From assembly GCA_003223255.1 (NCBI GenBank), contig QHYJ01000144.1:21887-85886 (forward strand): a DNA stretch of 64,000 nt, written 5' to 3'. Origin of the DNA: Acidobacteriota bacterium (lineage in GTDB: Bacteria > Acidobacteriota > Terriglobia > Acidiferrales > UBA7541). Positions 50,501 through 59,576 of the stretch are shown here, piece by piece; the first letter of the stretch is position 1; every line of letters begins with the position of its first letter. A program made the position numbers and the translations under genes. Under the pieces are notes generated by a model. It was not told the DNA's origin, searched no databases, and worked only from the letters and a program-made list of their open reading frames with translations.

Positions 50501-51022
50501 ATGCGCAGATTCTTTGCAGGATTGGTTTTCATGGCGTTGGCGGGTATGTCCGCTCTGGCCACGCCGCCTCAAGATCGCGACGACCGCCGTGACCGCGATG
50601 AGCGTCATGACCGGGGCAAGCACAAAGGCGGGGACAAGCATGGCGACGAGGATCGCGGGGATCGCGGAGATCATGACAACGGCAAACATAAGGGGTGGGA
50701 CAATCCGCACAATCCGCATTACCGAGACTGGGAGTCGGACCATGATCGCATCCGCCCCGGCCGCGCCTATCCTCAGGGGCGTTATGCCCACGTGAGAGAA
50801 GTATTTGTAGCGCGCCGCTTTGATTACCGCACTCGCCACCTCTTTCTGCACGACAATTCCGATTGGGTCGTTGCTTCCTACGACGTCGACCGCTGCCGCG
50901 ACTGGGAATGGAACAGGGACCAAGTCTACGTCTACGACGACGACCATCACGCGGGCTGGTATTTGCTCTTCAACGCGCGCTTGGGCCGCTACGTTCACGT
51001 CGAATACTTCGGCGTGCATTAG
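50501..51022 (+). CDS. secreted protein with Asp/Arg/His-rich low-complexity region
   Basis: ATG 50501 gives the signal peptide MRRFFAGLVFMALAGMSALA, then PPQDRDDRRDRDERHDRGKHKGGDKHGDEDRGDRGDHDNGKHKGWDNPHNPH, then a folded-looking C-terminal domain (WVVASYDVDRCRDWEWNRDQVYVYDDDHHAGWYLLFN). Confidence 0.6.
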   Translation: MRRFFAGLVFMALAGMSALATPPQDRDDRRDRDERHDRGKHKGGDKHGDEDRGDRGDHDNGKHKGWDNPHNPHYRDWESDHDRIRPGRAYPQGRYAHVREVFVARRFDYRTRHLFLHDNSDWVVASYDVDRCRDWEWNRDQVYVYDDDHHAGWYLLFNARLGRYVHVEYFGVH

Positions 51023-51031
51023 ACTCGTCGT

Positions 51032-51330
51032 TTAGGTTTGTCCATTAGGACTTGCATCGACTTGAGTGATGCGCACGCTCTCGCCGACTTGAGCGTGGTT
51101 CGGGTGCTGGGTGGTAAGCGCCCCAACCGCTCCGTTGAAAACAAAATATTCCGGCCGTTCGTCCATCAGTTTCTGCAGGCTCATTTTCTGATGTCCCGAC
51201 CCGCCGATGTCATCCACGGTATAGATTTCTCCCTGCATCACCTAGAACTCGCGGTCTACGCGTGGCAACCCGTCAGGGGGGCTCCACCACCACCTTAACA
51301 GCTTGCAAACCATTCCTTCTGACATGGCGG
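51032..51330 (-). pseudogene. nirK: remnant (about 100 codons) of copper-containing nitrite reductase
   Basis: On the minus strand: H...NG....VVVEPP / DGLPRVDREF-TAG-VMQGEIYTVDD...ERPEYFVFNGAVGALTTQHPNHAQVGESVRI matches the middle of NirK (HIANGMYG.I.VEP..GLPKVD.E.YVMQG..YT; P..VVFNG.VGALTG.....AKVGETV). There is an indel in the G6 run at 51276-51281 and an in-frame TAG at 51242-51244. Both the N-terminal cupredoxin part and the C-terminal part are absent. Confidence 0.6.
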
Positions 51331-51364
51331 GGCTTCCTTCTCTTGTTTCGCGATTGGAACGATT

Positions 51365-52246
51365 TCAATGACGGGTCTGCTGCGCCAGCAATTCCGGAAT
51401 TGCCAGTGCCGTACTCGCCACAAAAAACCGCGTCGCCAGCCCGATCTGGCCCGCAACTGCCAGAACAACTCCGGTGCAGTTGCTCGCAAGCGCGCTGGCC
51501 AGCGCGCCCGTGCGCAATGATTTCAACCCCAGGAACACCCGCAGCCATTTGACACTGAATCCCCAAACAAACGGCACCAGAAATCCCCAGCCCATCAGCG
51601 CAAGGTACCGCTGGTCGAAACGGCGCAGAAACGCCGGGCTGTCGCCGCGCAGCGAGACGTAGAAGCTTCCGCCCAGGTTCGTGACCACCACGGCTAAAAA
51701 CCCTATCGCTGCGGTCAGCACGGCCCAAACCCATGGCTCAAGCCCGGCTTTCGAGGGATCTTGAGGCCGATGCTGTGAAATGATGCGAAAGAAAATCAGG
51801 AACGCCGCCAATTCCAGAATGCCCGACAGCGGCAGCAGCACGCGCCAGTTCCACAAGTACACCGTCGCGCCCCACCGCAGCGCCACACCGGTGGTCCAAA
51901 GCGCCCAGCAAATCCAAGCCTCGCGGACAGCTTGTGTCGCTTCGCCGCGCAGCTTCGGAATCGCATAAAACCGATACCCAGCAGGAAACTCCCGATCCAC
52001 CCGAACACCTGGGCGTGGCCGTGCGCCTGCAGCCACGCCGTGGAAATCAGACCGGCGCTCTCCCGCGCGCTGATTTGCAGAAGGTCCCACACACCCAGAA
52101 GGGTTCCCGGAAACAACATAAAGAACAGCCCCGTCGTGATGTACGCCTTCAATAAGCGGGAGAGTGCCGGTTCGCGAGCGCGCGTGCGAAGAAGGCCTGC
52201 TCGCGCCTGTTCCCGGGTTCGTAGGTGCCGGAGTGGATGTTCCCAT
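51365..52246 (-). pseudogene. nnrS: NnrS-family NO-response membrane protein, frameshifted and 3'-truncated
   Basis: N-terminal part: LLKAYITTGLFFMLFPGTLLGVWDLLQISARE...WLQAHGHAQVFGWIGSFLLGIGF. After a T-run indel near 51960 it continues in another frame as YAIPKLRGEATQAVREAWICWALWTTGVALRWG.... About 260 codons remain, versus roughly 390 typical of the family. Confidence 0.7.
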
Positions 52247-52258
52247 GGCGCCCTCTGC

Positions 52259-52500
52259 TTACAGGATCTTAGCTTCCAGCTCGTCGGCTCGCGGAAACAG
52301 GATGTTGTTTTCGAGGTGCACGTGCGTGTGCATGTCCGCCTCGTGATCTCTTCCGCCGACACGCCCGTTTGCATGCACGCGTCGTGCAATGACTTCGCGC
52401 CTCCACAGCAATAGTCGACCCCAGCCTCTTCCAAAACCTTTTTCGCGCCGGGATTCGACGCTGCAATGTCCCGCACCTTCGTCGTGCTTGTAAAGCTCAT
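52259..52500 (-). pseudogene. ytfE: iron-sulfur repair di-iron protein (YtfE/ScdA/RIC) with large internal deletion
   Basis: MSFTSTTKVRDIAASNPGAKKVLEEAGVDYCCGGAKSLHDACMQTGVSAEEI (ScdA_N domain) is joined out of frame to HEADMHTHVHLENNILFPRADELEAKIL* (the end of the hemerythrin domain). Only 242 nt remain of a gene that is normally about 660 nt. Confidence 0.75.
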
Positions 52501-52604
52501 GACTGCCTCCCTTATGGAGTTAGTCTGCAGGGAGAGGCGAGTGCGGGCAGTGACTAAAGTCACTCCGCGAAAAATCTTCTTTCTGTTGGGAAAATACGCA
52601 AAAA

Positions 52605-53369
52605 CTACTCGAGTGAGCTCAACTCGCGCTTCATTCCCGCAAAGTCTTTGATCACCAGCTTCCGACCCTCTACCTCCAGGTATCCCTCCGCCTGCAGCCA
52701 GCTCAAATTGCGCGACACCAGTTCCCGCACTGTGCCAAGCTCTGCGGCAAAATCCTGATGGCTCTTCTTCAAAAATTGCGCGACACCAGTTCCCGCACTG
52801 TGCCAAGCTCTGCGGCAAAATCCTGATGGCTCTTCTTCAACTCGAGATGGATTCCGCCTTTTGAACGCGTGCCCTCTGCTTCCGCCAGTTGCAAAATCAA
52901 CGCGATCAGGCGCTGCCGCACCGTGGTGAACGACAGCTCTTCGATGATCCCGACCAGCCGCCGCAGCCGTCCGCCCACCACCGCAATCACTTTCAGCGCC
53001 ACGTCGGGATGCTCGCGGCAAAAATTCTGAAAATCCTTGCGCGAGATGAACAGAAGCTCTGTATCTTCCGACGCCGCGGCCGCTGCCGGGTAGTTTCCGC
53101 CGTCAAACACCGGAAGTTCGGCAAACGAGCTTCCCGGCCCTTCAATCGCCAACACTTGTTCGCGTCCCGACGCCGACAGCTTGAAGATGCCCATCTTCAC
53201 CCGACGCGACCAGGAACAATCCCGTACAAGGGTCGCCTTCCCCGAAGAGCAGGTCGCCTCGCTGCAGCCGCTTCTTGCTCGTTCTTCGAGCCAACGCCCT
53301 GGTTTCCTCTTCCGTAAGGCTCGCGAAGAGCGGAGTCTTGCGTAGCACCGCCTGAATGTTGTCGACCAT
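52605..53369 (-). pseudogene. Crp/Fnr-family regulator (NnrR/Dnr-like context) with a frameshift and a 68-bp tandem duplication
   Basis: MVDNIQAVLRKTPLFASLTEEETRALARRTSKKRLQRGDLLFGEGDPCTGLFLVASG, then a shift at ~53200 to RVKMGIFKLSASGREQVLAIEGPGSSFAELPVFDGG.... In the HTH region, KKSHQDFAAELGTVRELVSRN occurs twice because of the duplication. The C-terminus is LSWLQAEGYLEVEGRKLVIKD. Confidence 0.8.
52705..52840. repeat. perfect 68-bp tandem duplication (52705-52772 = 52773-52840)
   Basis: AAATTGCGCGACACCAGTTCCCGCACTGTGCCAAGCTCTGCGGCAAAATCCTGATGGCTCTTCTTCAA occurs twice, head to tail, with no mismatch. 68 is not a multiple of 3. Confidence 0.95.
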
Positions 53370-53437
53370 GCCTGCAACCTGCTTGCGCTTACCGGCGATT
53401 TCCTACTGCTCAATGACGACTGACGCTAAATGCCGCT

Positions 53438-53782
53438 TTACCCCGGCGGCCAGCGGAACTGTCTCCCACCCAGCAAGTGCAAATGCAGATGAAACACCGA
53501 CTGGCCCGCGCCGCTGCCGTTGTTCAGCACCGTGCGATAACCGGCGAGAAGCTTGCGTTCGCGCGCAAGCTGCGCCGCGACGAGCTGCAGCTTTCCAAGC
53601 ACCGCTTGATCTTCTGCCCCCGCCTCCGTCAGCGATTCGAAATGTTTTCGCGGGCAAATGAGGATGTGCGTGGGCGCTTGCGGGCTGATGTCCTCAAACG
53701 CGAACAGTTCGGCGTCCTCGTACACAATCTTCGACGGAATCTGCTTGGCGCCAATCTTGCAAAACAGGCAGTTGGGATTCAT
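53438..53782 (-). CDS. HIT-family (histidine triad) protein
   Basis: 114 aa: [20 protein letters not shown], and HLHLHLLGG. Confidence 0.95.
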   Translation of the reverse strand: MNPNCLFCKIGAKQIPSKIVYEDAELFAFEDISPQAPTHILICPRKHFESLTEAGAEDQAVLGKLQLVAAQLARERKLLAGYRTVLNNGSGAGQSVFHLHLHLLGGRQFRWPPG

Positions 53783-54663
53783 CGGATTCCTCCTGCGGGC
53801 GTTTCCGGATCCAGGCGCGTGACGAACGGTGTAAAACCCTCGCGCGACCGCAGCTGTTCGCCGAACTGCCGCGCCGCGTCCTCGCCGGAGATTTTGCCGA
53901 CGCGCACGCGGTAGAACGTTCCTTCCGGCGCGTCATACTGTTGAATGAAAACCGGCGAGTACGAAACGGCGAGCCGGTCGCGCAATCGCTCCGCATTGCC
54001 ATGGTCATGAAACGCCCCCACCTGCACGGTGAAAAATCCTGCCGTGGGGTCCACGTTGCCCAGGACTTCCACGCGCACCGGCGCGACACCGGGTCCCACC
54101 GAATCAATTTCCCGCGCCGCCGCCAGCGAAAGGTCGATGATGCGGTTCTCCACAAACGGCCCGCGGTCGGTGATGCGAACCGTGGTGCTCTTTCCATTGC
54201 TCAGGTTCGTCACGCGGACCATGGCATCGAACGGCAGGGTACGGTGCGCCGCTGTCAGCTTGTACATGTCGTAGATTTCGCCGTTCGAAGCGCGCCGCCC
54301 GTTAAAAGGGTCGCCGTACCAGGAAGCGTTGCCCTCTTCGGTATATCCCGCCGGAGCAGGCACAGCAACGGGTCTGTCGCGCCGTGGCGTTCCCGTCGGC
54401 CTGCTCGATGGCCTTTCGGGCACGTCCGTCGAGCGCTTTGCGGATTCTCCCGTTCCTGGAGGCGTGCTTGCGGGTTGTGTTCGTGGCGGTTGCCGGCCAG
54501 CCACCGGCCGGCGTCCTGCGCATCCCGAACCGGCCAACGCCAAGAAAAACAAAGTTGCAGAGGAAAAATAGAGAATGCTGCGCAGGTTCCGCGCGTTACG
54601 AAGACGTGTTCGCCGCCCACTCGCCTTCGGCGTCCTGCGAGACCTCAGGAGTGATTTCTTCAA
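53779..54663 (-). CDS. rlpA: septal-ring lytic transglycosylase RlpA-family protein with C-terminal SPOR domain
   Basis: DPBB core [60 protein letters not shown], then a SPOR-like [21 protein letters not shown]...YRVRVG. Confidence 0.9.
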   Translation of the reverse strand: MKKSLLRSRRTPKASGRRTRLRNARNLRSILYFSSATLFFLALAGSGCAGRRPVAGRQPPRTQPASTPPGTGESAKRSTDVPERPSSRPTGTPRRDRPVAVPAPAGYTEEGNASWYGDPFNGRRASNGEIYDMYKLTAAHRTLPFDAMVRVTNLSNGKSTTVRITDRGPFVENRIIDLSLAAAREIDSVGPGVAPVRVEVLGNVDPTAGFFTVQVGAFHDHGNAERLRDRLAVSYSPVFIQQYDAPEGTFYRVRVGKISGEDAARQFGEQLRSREGFTPFVTRLDPETPAGGIR

Positions 54664-54677
54664 AGGCCCGCCCGTAT

Positions 54678-54950
54678 TTACGATTTAGGGGATTTTGCCC
54701 GTTTCTGTGAATTGCGCGCCGCGTTGCGTTCCTCGAGCCAGCTTGCCGCTTCGCTCAGCTTCTCGGACACTTCACGGAGGAACTGCGCCGTGCGCTTTTC
54801 CGTTTCCGGGGCAACGTCTTCTTTCATGAACGTCTTTAGCCGCTCCAATTCCTCGTCCACTCGTTTCCCAAAATCTTGCAAGTTTTTCATGCGTTTGAGC
54901 CGGGCGACTTCGTCGTCGATGCGTTTCCCGAATTCTTCGAATCGCCCCAT
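54678..54950 (-). CDS. hypothetical coiled-coil protein
   Basis: 90 aa with an internal repeat, [16 protein letters not shown] / [17 protein letters not shown]. Confidence 0.5.
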   Translation of the reverse strand: MGRFEEFGKRIDDEVARLKRMKNLQDFGKRVDEELERLKTFMKEDVAPETEKRTAQFLREVSEKLSEAASWLEERNAARNSQKRAKSPKS

Positions 54951-55082
54951 GGCCTACCCCTTGCTTTCCCGCGATATTACGCGCGTTTTCTGTATTATAG
55001 AAACGCCCTTTCCCGGTCGCAAGGAGGACGGTTGACCCTACCCTACCGTTGGCAGTGGCGATTGGAGCGTTGGAAAAATGCG

Positions 55083-55955
55083 ATGCGCGGGTTCTTCGGG
55101 GGCGAGCAGCAGCCCCGCCCGAAACTCTGCCCCGTCTGCGGCGCGCTGGTCGGTATCAATGCCACGCGCTGTCACGAATGCGGCGCCAATCTGCGCTTTT
55201 CCCTCGCCGCCCTCGGCAAAAAACTCTCCGGCGTGTTTGGGGACAACGAAGCTCCCATCACCACCGCGCTCCTCATCGCAAATATTTCGATGCTGGGTGT
55301 GAGTTGGCTTTCTTTTGCCGCCATTGGTGAGGGAGGCGGCTTAAACATCCTTTGGGGACTCGTGGGTGAACCGCAATTTCGCCTTGGCGCGACTTATCCC
55401 TTGCTCATTTTCTATCGCAATGAGTGGTGGCGCCTGATCACCGCCATGTTTCTTCACGCCGGGCTGGTCCATATCGGATTCAATATGATGGCATTGATGC
55501 AATTTGGCCCGGCGTTGGAGGAGGTTTACGGCTCGGCGCGCTATCTGTTCCTGTATGTGGTTACGGGAGCTTTCGGTTTTTTGCTGAGCGCGGGAACGGG
55601 TCATTTCTCGCTCGGCGCCAGCGGCGCTTTGCTGGGACTCGTAGGAGCCACGCTCGCGATCACCTCGAAGCGCGGCGGAGTGTACATGCGCGAAATCCGC
55701 TCTCGGCTGATTACTTCCGTGGCCATTCTGTTTCTTCTTGGATTTTCCGGTTTCATGGCCATGGACAACCTCGCCCATGGTGGCGGACTGGCAGCAGGCT
55801 TTGCACTGGGCAAGCTCTTTGTTGACCGGAAACCCATGAACGTGAAAGAAACGCGCATCGCCTACACCCTCGGATGGCTCGCGGGAATCGTGGTCATTGC
55901 GAGTTTCATTCTAATGTTCCTGCACTTTCGCGATCCGCTTCCCGGGCGCGGTTAA
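55083..55955 (+). CDS. rhomboid-family intramembrane serine protease with N-terminal zinc-ribbon
   Basis: CPVCG...CHECG, WWRLITAMFLHAGLVHIGFNMMAL, GASGALLGLVGA, and the His in AHGGG. The ORF-track start at 54876 overlaps the upstream gene, so ATG 55083 is preferred. Confidence 0.85.
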   Translation: MRGFFGGEQQPRPKLCPVCGALVGINATRCHECGANLRFSLAALGKKLSGVFGDNEAPITTALLIANISMLGVSWLSFAAIGEGGGLNILWGLVGEPQFRLGATYPLLIFYRNEWWRLITAMFLHAGLVHIGFNMMALMQFGPALEEVYGSARYLFLYVVTGAFGFLLSAGTGHFSLGASGALLGLVGATLAITSKRGGVYMREIRSRLITSVAILFLLGFSGFMAMDNLAHGGGLAAGFALGKLFVDRKPMNVKETRIAYTLGWLAGIVVIASFILMFLHFRDPLPGRG

Positions 55956-56009
55956 ATGGCAACACATTCCGTCTTACTCGCCGCTGGCGGTCTCTTGCTG
56001 TCGATTTCT

Positions 56010-56573
56010 TCAAGAGCCAGGGTGTGGAGGGTTGATTCGGCGGGCGGTGATAAAACAATAGTGGAAGCCGGAGTACACGCACAACGCCGTGACGGCGTAG
56101 ATCAGAGCATGGTTCAGCAGCGAGAGATGGAACTCCGGATACGCCGCGCCGAGCACCACCATGAAAACCAGGATGATCTGGAAGAGCGTCGTCAACTTGC
56201 CGTAGATGCTCGGGGGAAAGGGCTGGTAACCCCACGCCAGGATGATCACCACCGCAACGATGAGAATGAGAATATCCCGGCCCAGTACCAGGATGGTCAG
56301 CCACCAGGCAAGCTGTTTCTTGAAGGCCAGAACGACAAAAGAGGACGAGAGCAGAAGTTTATCGGCGATGGGATCCAGGTAGGCGCCAAGCGAAGAGCGC
56401 TGGTTGAACGTCCGCGCGATCAGGCCGTCGATGCCATCGGAGAAGCCCGCAATCACGAGCACAAGCAAGGCCCACTTGTACTTTTCGTAGGACATCAAAA
56501 TCAGGAAAAACGGCAGAAAAGCGAGCCGGAGAAAAGTAATTTGGTTGGGTACAGTCCAGATGCGGCCCTTCAT
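56010..56573 (-). CDS. pgsA: CDP-alcohol phosphatidyltransferase (PgsA-like)
   Basis: 187 aa: PNQITFLR and the DGIDGLIARTFNQRSSLGAYLDPIADK signature. Confidence 0.9.
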   Translation of the reverse strand: MKGRIWTVPNQITFLRLAFLPFFLILMSYEKYKWALLVLVIAGFSDGIDGLIARTFNQRSSLGAYLDPIADKLLLSSSFVVLAFKKQLAWWLTILVLGRDILILIVAVVIILAWGYQPFPPSIYGKLTTLFQIILVFMVVLGAAYPEFHLSLLNHALIYAVTALCVYSGFHYCFITARRINPPHPGS

Positions 56574-56698
56574 TTTTGCTTAAGAATAGAATAATTCAGA
56601 GGTTTTCTTCAGGCAACTCCGCCAGGCCGCTGAAGCAGATTTCGAACCGAAACTTCCGACAAGTAGCACCTTCTCCGGCGGCTGAAAGGGTTGAAATT

Positions 56699-56734
56699 GT
56701 CATTCCGAGCGTACCGAGGAATCCTGGCTTGAGG
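56699..56734. repeat. copy of the GTCATTCCGAGCG..GAGGAATCCTGGCT short dispersed repeat
   Basis: GTCATTCCGAGCGTACCGAGGAATCCTGGCTTGAGG. Compare the copies at 8331-8368 and 57234-57280. Confidence 0.5.
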
Positions 56735-56784
56735 TCATTTTTCATCGGGCCCAATGAGAGCATCGAAAAGTCCTAAAAATTATT

Positions 56785-57093
56785 TCAGACAAATTGCGCA
56801 AGATAGTCTTTTAACGAGCGGCCCAACTTCCGCGCGAAAAGCTCGTTCATCGAAGGAATCGACCCGGAGGGCTCATCCAGAGCGACGCGTTCGACGCGGT
56901 GCATGGGAAAGAAAACCGTGGGGAATCCCACGCGTTCGCCGTCCGGTTCGTTCATTTGGCGGATGAAATGGTCGAAGGAATTCAAGTCGATGCCGCGCAG
57001 CGTGATGCCCGAAGGATTGATCGTCAGCAATTCGCCCCACACTTTTTCCTTGGGAGTGTGCAGGCTGACAATCACGATGGAATGCGGGTCCAT
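56785..57093 (-). CDS. hypothetical protein
   Basis: 102-aa ORF with balanced composition (MDPHSIVIVSLHTPKEKVWGELLTINPSGITLRGIDLNSFDHFI...). It is flanked on both sides by copies of the short repeat. Confidence 0.55.
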   Translation of the reverse strand: MDPHSIVIVSLHTPKEKVWGELLTINPSGITLRGIDLNSFDHFIRQMNEPDGERVGFPTVFFPMHRVERVALDEPSGSIPSMNELFARKLGRSLKDYLAQFV

Positions 57094-57233
57094 GGTCGGA
57101 GGGTCCTGTATTTAGACTATCGCACTTTTCTGCGCTGTTCACTTCGCCGTGCGGAAAAAGCAAAGATCAAGCAGAGACGCGGAACGCGCCAAGAATCCGA
57201 AGCGAAAACCAAATCCTGCTAGATTCGATCCAG

Positions 57234-57280
57234 TGTCATCCCGAGGAGCCGGAGACGACGAGCAATCCTGGCTGGATCTG
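57234..57280. repeat. diverged copy of the short dispersed repeat
   Basis: GTCATCCCGAGGAGCCGGAGACGACGAGCAATCCTGGCTGGATCTG shares GTCATYCCGAG and AATCCTGGCT with the copy at 56699. Confidence 0.45.
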
Positions 57281-57309
57281 TGCCAGCCGCCAGAAGATCT
57301 CGCGTGCCA

Positions 57310-57717
57310 TCATTTCGTGTGCCCATAGGCCTGGTTCAGCCACCACAGGGCATCGTGCAAGTCTGCGGCGGAACGCACATCAAAAGAAAACCAACGTTTT
57401 CCCACAGCGATGCGCAAGTCTTTGAGCGCGCGTTGCTCCAAGTCCCGTGGTATCGGGTCAAATCGAAAAATAACGGAATTCGGAGTGTCGAACCCCCGCG
57501 TGACGGGCAGACCGCCGAAAATCTTCTTTCGCCGGTAGAGACCCATCATCCCGAACATCGGCCGCGTGGTGATTTGCGGCCAACCGCCCACTTCCGTTTT
57601 CAGCATGGCGGACCACTGCTTCATTTCTTCCGAGATCGGCGGCATCTTCGGCCGATCGCGCATGGCCCGCCGCGTTTCCTCGACTGGCGGATTCCTTTTT
57701 GCTTTCTTGCTCTTCAT
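57310..57717 (-). CDS. hypothetical protein
   Basis: 135-aa ORF (..WPQITTRPMFGMMGLYRRKKIFGGLP...RWFSFDVRSAADLHDALWWLNQAY). No family assigned with confidence. Confidence 0.55.
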   Translation of the reverse strand: MKSKKAKRNPPVEETRRAMRDRPKMPPISEEMKQWSAMLKTEVGGWPQITTRPMFGMMGLYRRKKIFGGLPVTRGFDTPNSVIFRFDPIPRDLEQRALKDLRIAVGKRWFSFDVRSAADLHDALWWLNQAYGHTK

Positions 57718-57733
57718 TGGTAGGCTTCGTCAG

Positions 57734-58744
57734 TTACGAAGCAACCTTGGAAGCGCGAAAATCGAGCGAGGCGCCGCGCTTCAGCAACGACTCTGCTTGC
57801 GCGACCATGTTCTCGATGATGCTTGCCGCGCTGGGCCGGTCGTGCAGCAGTCCGGTAGCTTCGCCGACGACCGTCAAATACATATCCAAATCCTGCTGGG
57901 CACGCGCTTGCGCATAAGCTTTCGCAAGGCTGCCGCGCGCTGCATCGGCTTCGGTTTCGCGGTGCGCCCACTCGTCGGTGAACTTGTTCTTGAGAACACG
58001 AAAGGAAAACTCTTGCGGCCAAGGAACGCCGCGCAGGGCATCAATCGCTTTCGTGCGAACCGTTTCATCGCCCGTAGCCCGCGCCGCGCGGTCGGTCATC
58101 GCTTGCGGCGTCAGCGCCTCCGCGGAAGCCCAGAAGCGCGTGCCCACCAGTGCGCCGTCGGCTCCCAGCATCAAAGCAGCGGCGAGACCACGGCCATCGG
58201 CGATACCGCCCGCGGCGAGCAGCAGCGTCTTTGGCGCGCGCTTTGCCAGAAAGTCCCTAATCTCGGGGACAAGCGGCAGCGTCGAGCGATTCGCGCCATG
58301 GCCTCCTGCTTCGGTGCCCTGCGCAACGATGGCGTCAGCCCCGGCGTCGAGCGCCTCCTCGGCATGCCGCAAAGACTGCACTTGGCAGATCACTTTGGCC
58401 CCGGCGTCGTGAATCCTCTTTGCGTACGGTTTCGGTTCGCCGAAAGAAAGAAACACGCAGTACGGAGAATGCTTCAAAGCTGCTTCGAGCGCTTGCGACG
58501 CGCGCTCCAGCGCCCACGTGATGAAGCCAACGCCAAACTTTCGGCCGCGCACGAGCGCGAGTTCTTTCTCCAGGTCCGGCTCGCCACCCAGCGCTCCGGC
58601 GTAGCCGCCACCCAGGATTCCTAGCCCGCCTGCATCCGACACGGCCGCGACCAAGCGCCCGCCCGCGATCAGCGCCATCGGCGCGCACAGGACCGGGTGG
58701 CGAATCCCCCATTGCTCGGTTAACCGCGTTTTCACAACTGCCAT
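57734..58744 (-). CDS. nitronate monooxygenase (NMO / 2-nitropropane dioxygenase family)
   Basis: ATG 58744 gives MAVVKTRLTEQWGIRHPVLCAPMA...VAQGTEAGGHG...AAGGIADGRGLAAALMLGADGALVGTRF. The 151 upstream codons in the ORF track overlap scoB and are Arg/His-rich junk. Confidence 0.85.
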   Translation of the reverse strand: MAVVKTRLTEQWGIRHPVLCAPMALIAGGRLVAAVSDAGGLGILGGGYAGALGGEPDLEKELALVRGRKFGVGFITWALERASQALEAALKHSPYCVFLSFGEPKPYAKRIHDAGAKVICQVQSLRHAEEALDAGADAIVAQGTEAGGHGANRSTLPLVPEIRDFLAKRAPKTLLLAAGGIADGRGLAAALMLGADGALVGTRFWASAEALTPQAMTDRAARATGDETVRTKAIDALRGVPWPQEFSFRVLKNKFTDEWAHRETEADAARGSLAKAYAQARAQQDLDMYLTVVGEATGLLHDRPSAASIIENMVAQAESLLKRGASLDFRASKVAS

Positions 58745-58776
58745 CCTTTCCCGAAATCCTGGTGCGGCGCTGCTCT

Positions 58777-59448
58777 TCACCCTGGCATGGGTTTGGGGCC
58801 GCCGGAGGGAAGCAGAAGTTTCGGCTCGGTGAGGGATTGCACCTGCTCCAAGGTGGCGTCGGGCGCGAGTTCGTGCAGAAGCAAGCCTTGCGGCGTAACG
58901 TCGATGACGGCCAGTTCGGTGACAATGTGGTCGACGACTTCGACGCCGGTCAGCGGCAGCGTGCACTTCTTCAGGATTTTGGGTTTGTTGTCCCGTGTGG
59001 CGTGCTCCATGGCGATGAACACGCGTTTCGCTCCCGCGACCAGGTCCATGGCGCCGCCCATGCCCTTGAGCATTTTGCCGGGGATGGCCCAGTTGGCGAG
59101 CGTTCCCTTTTCGTCGACCTGCAGTGCCCCGAGAACCGTGAGATCGATGTGGCCGCCGCGAATCATGGCGAACGAATCGGCCGAAGAAAAATAGCAAGTG
59201 CCGGGAAGCTCGGTGACGGTTTCTTTGCCGGCGTTGATGAGGTCGGGATCGACCTCCGCTTCCAGCGGATACGGGCCGACTCCCAGCATCCCATTTTCCG
59301 ATTGCAGAATCACGTCCATGCCCTTAGGAACGTAGTTGGCAACGCGCGTGGGCATCCCGATGCCGAGATTGACATAGTAGCCGTCGCGCAGTTCCAAAGC
59401 GATGCGCCGCGCAATCCGTTCCCGTTTTTGCTCCTCCGTCAGAGGCAT
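58777..59448 (-). CDS. scoB: 3-oxoacid CoA-transferase subunit B
   Basis: 223 aa: [24 protein letters not shown], and [10 protein letters not shown] containing the catalytic Glu. Confidence 0.95.
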   Translation of the reverse strand: MPLTEEQKRERIARRIALELRDGYYVNLGIGMPTRVANYVPKGMDVILQSENGMLGVGPYPLEAEVDPDLINAGKETVTELPGTCYFSSADSFAMIRGGHIDLTVLGALQVDEKGTLANWAIPGKMLKGMGGAMDLVAGAKRVFIAMEHATRDNKPKILKKCTLPLTGVEVVDHIVTELAVIDVTPQGLLLHELAPDATLEQVQSLTEPKLLLPSGGPKPMPG

Positions 59449-59576
59449 GAGAAATCCTTTTTCACCAGTTCTAAGTTGTAGGTTTTAAGTCGTAAGTAAA
59501 GACAAGAGGACAGGCAAGAGTGCCCGTCCCACTCAAACCATTGCCGTTTTTGTTCTTCACTCTGCGGCATAAGGCC

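Noticed and set aside
50444-51019. 191-aa minus-strand ORF beginning MHAEVFDV, which superficially continues the NirK motif FHVIGEIFD after the nirK remnant.
   Set aside because: It is out of frame with the nirK remnant and separated from it by stops. The rest of the translation is Val/Ala-rich antisense-type sequence. The plus-strand gene has a proper signal peptide and domain structure.
56576-56776. 66-aa plus-strand ORF.
   Set aside because: It is a read-through of the short dispersed repeat (..VIPSVPRNPGL..) in an intergenic region. It has no SD and a low-complexity translation.
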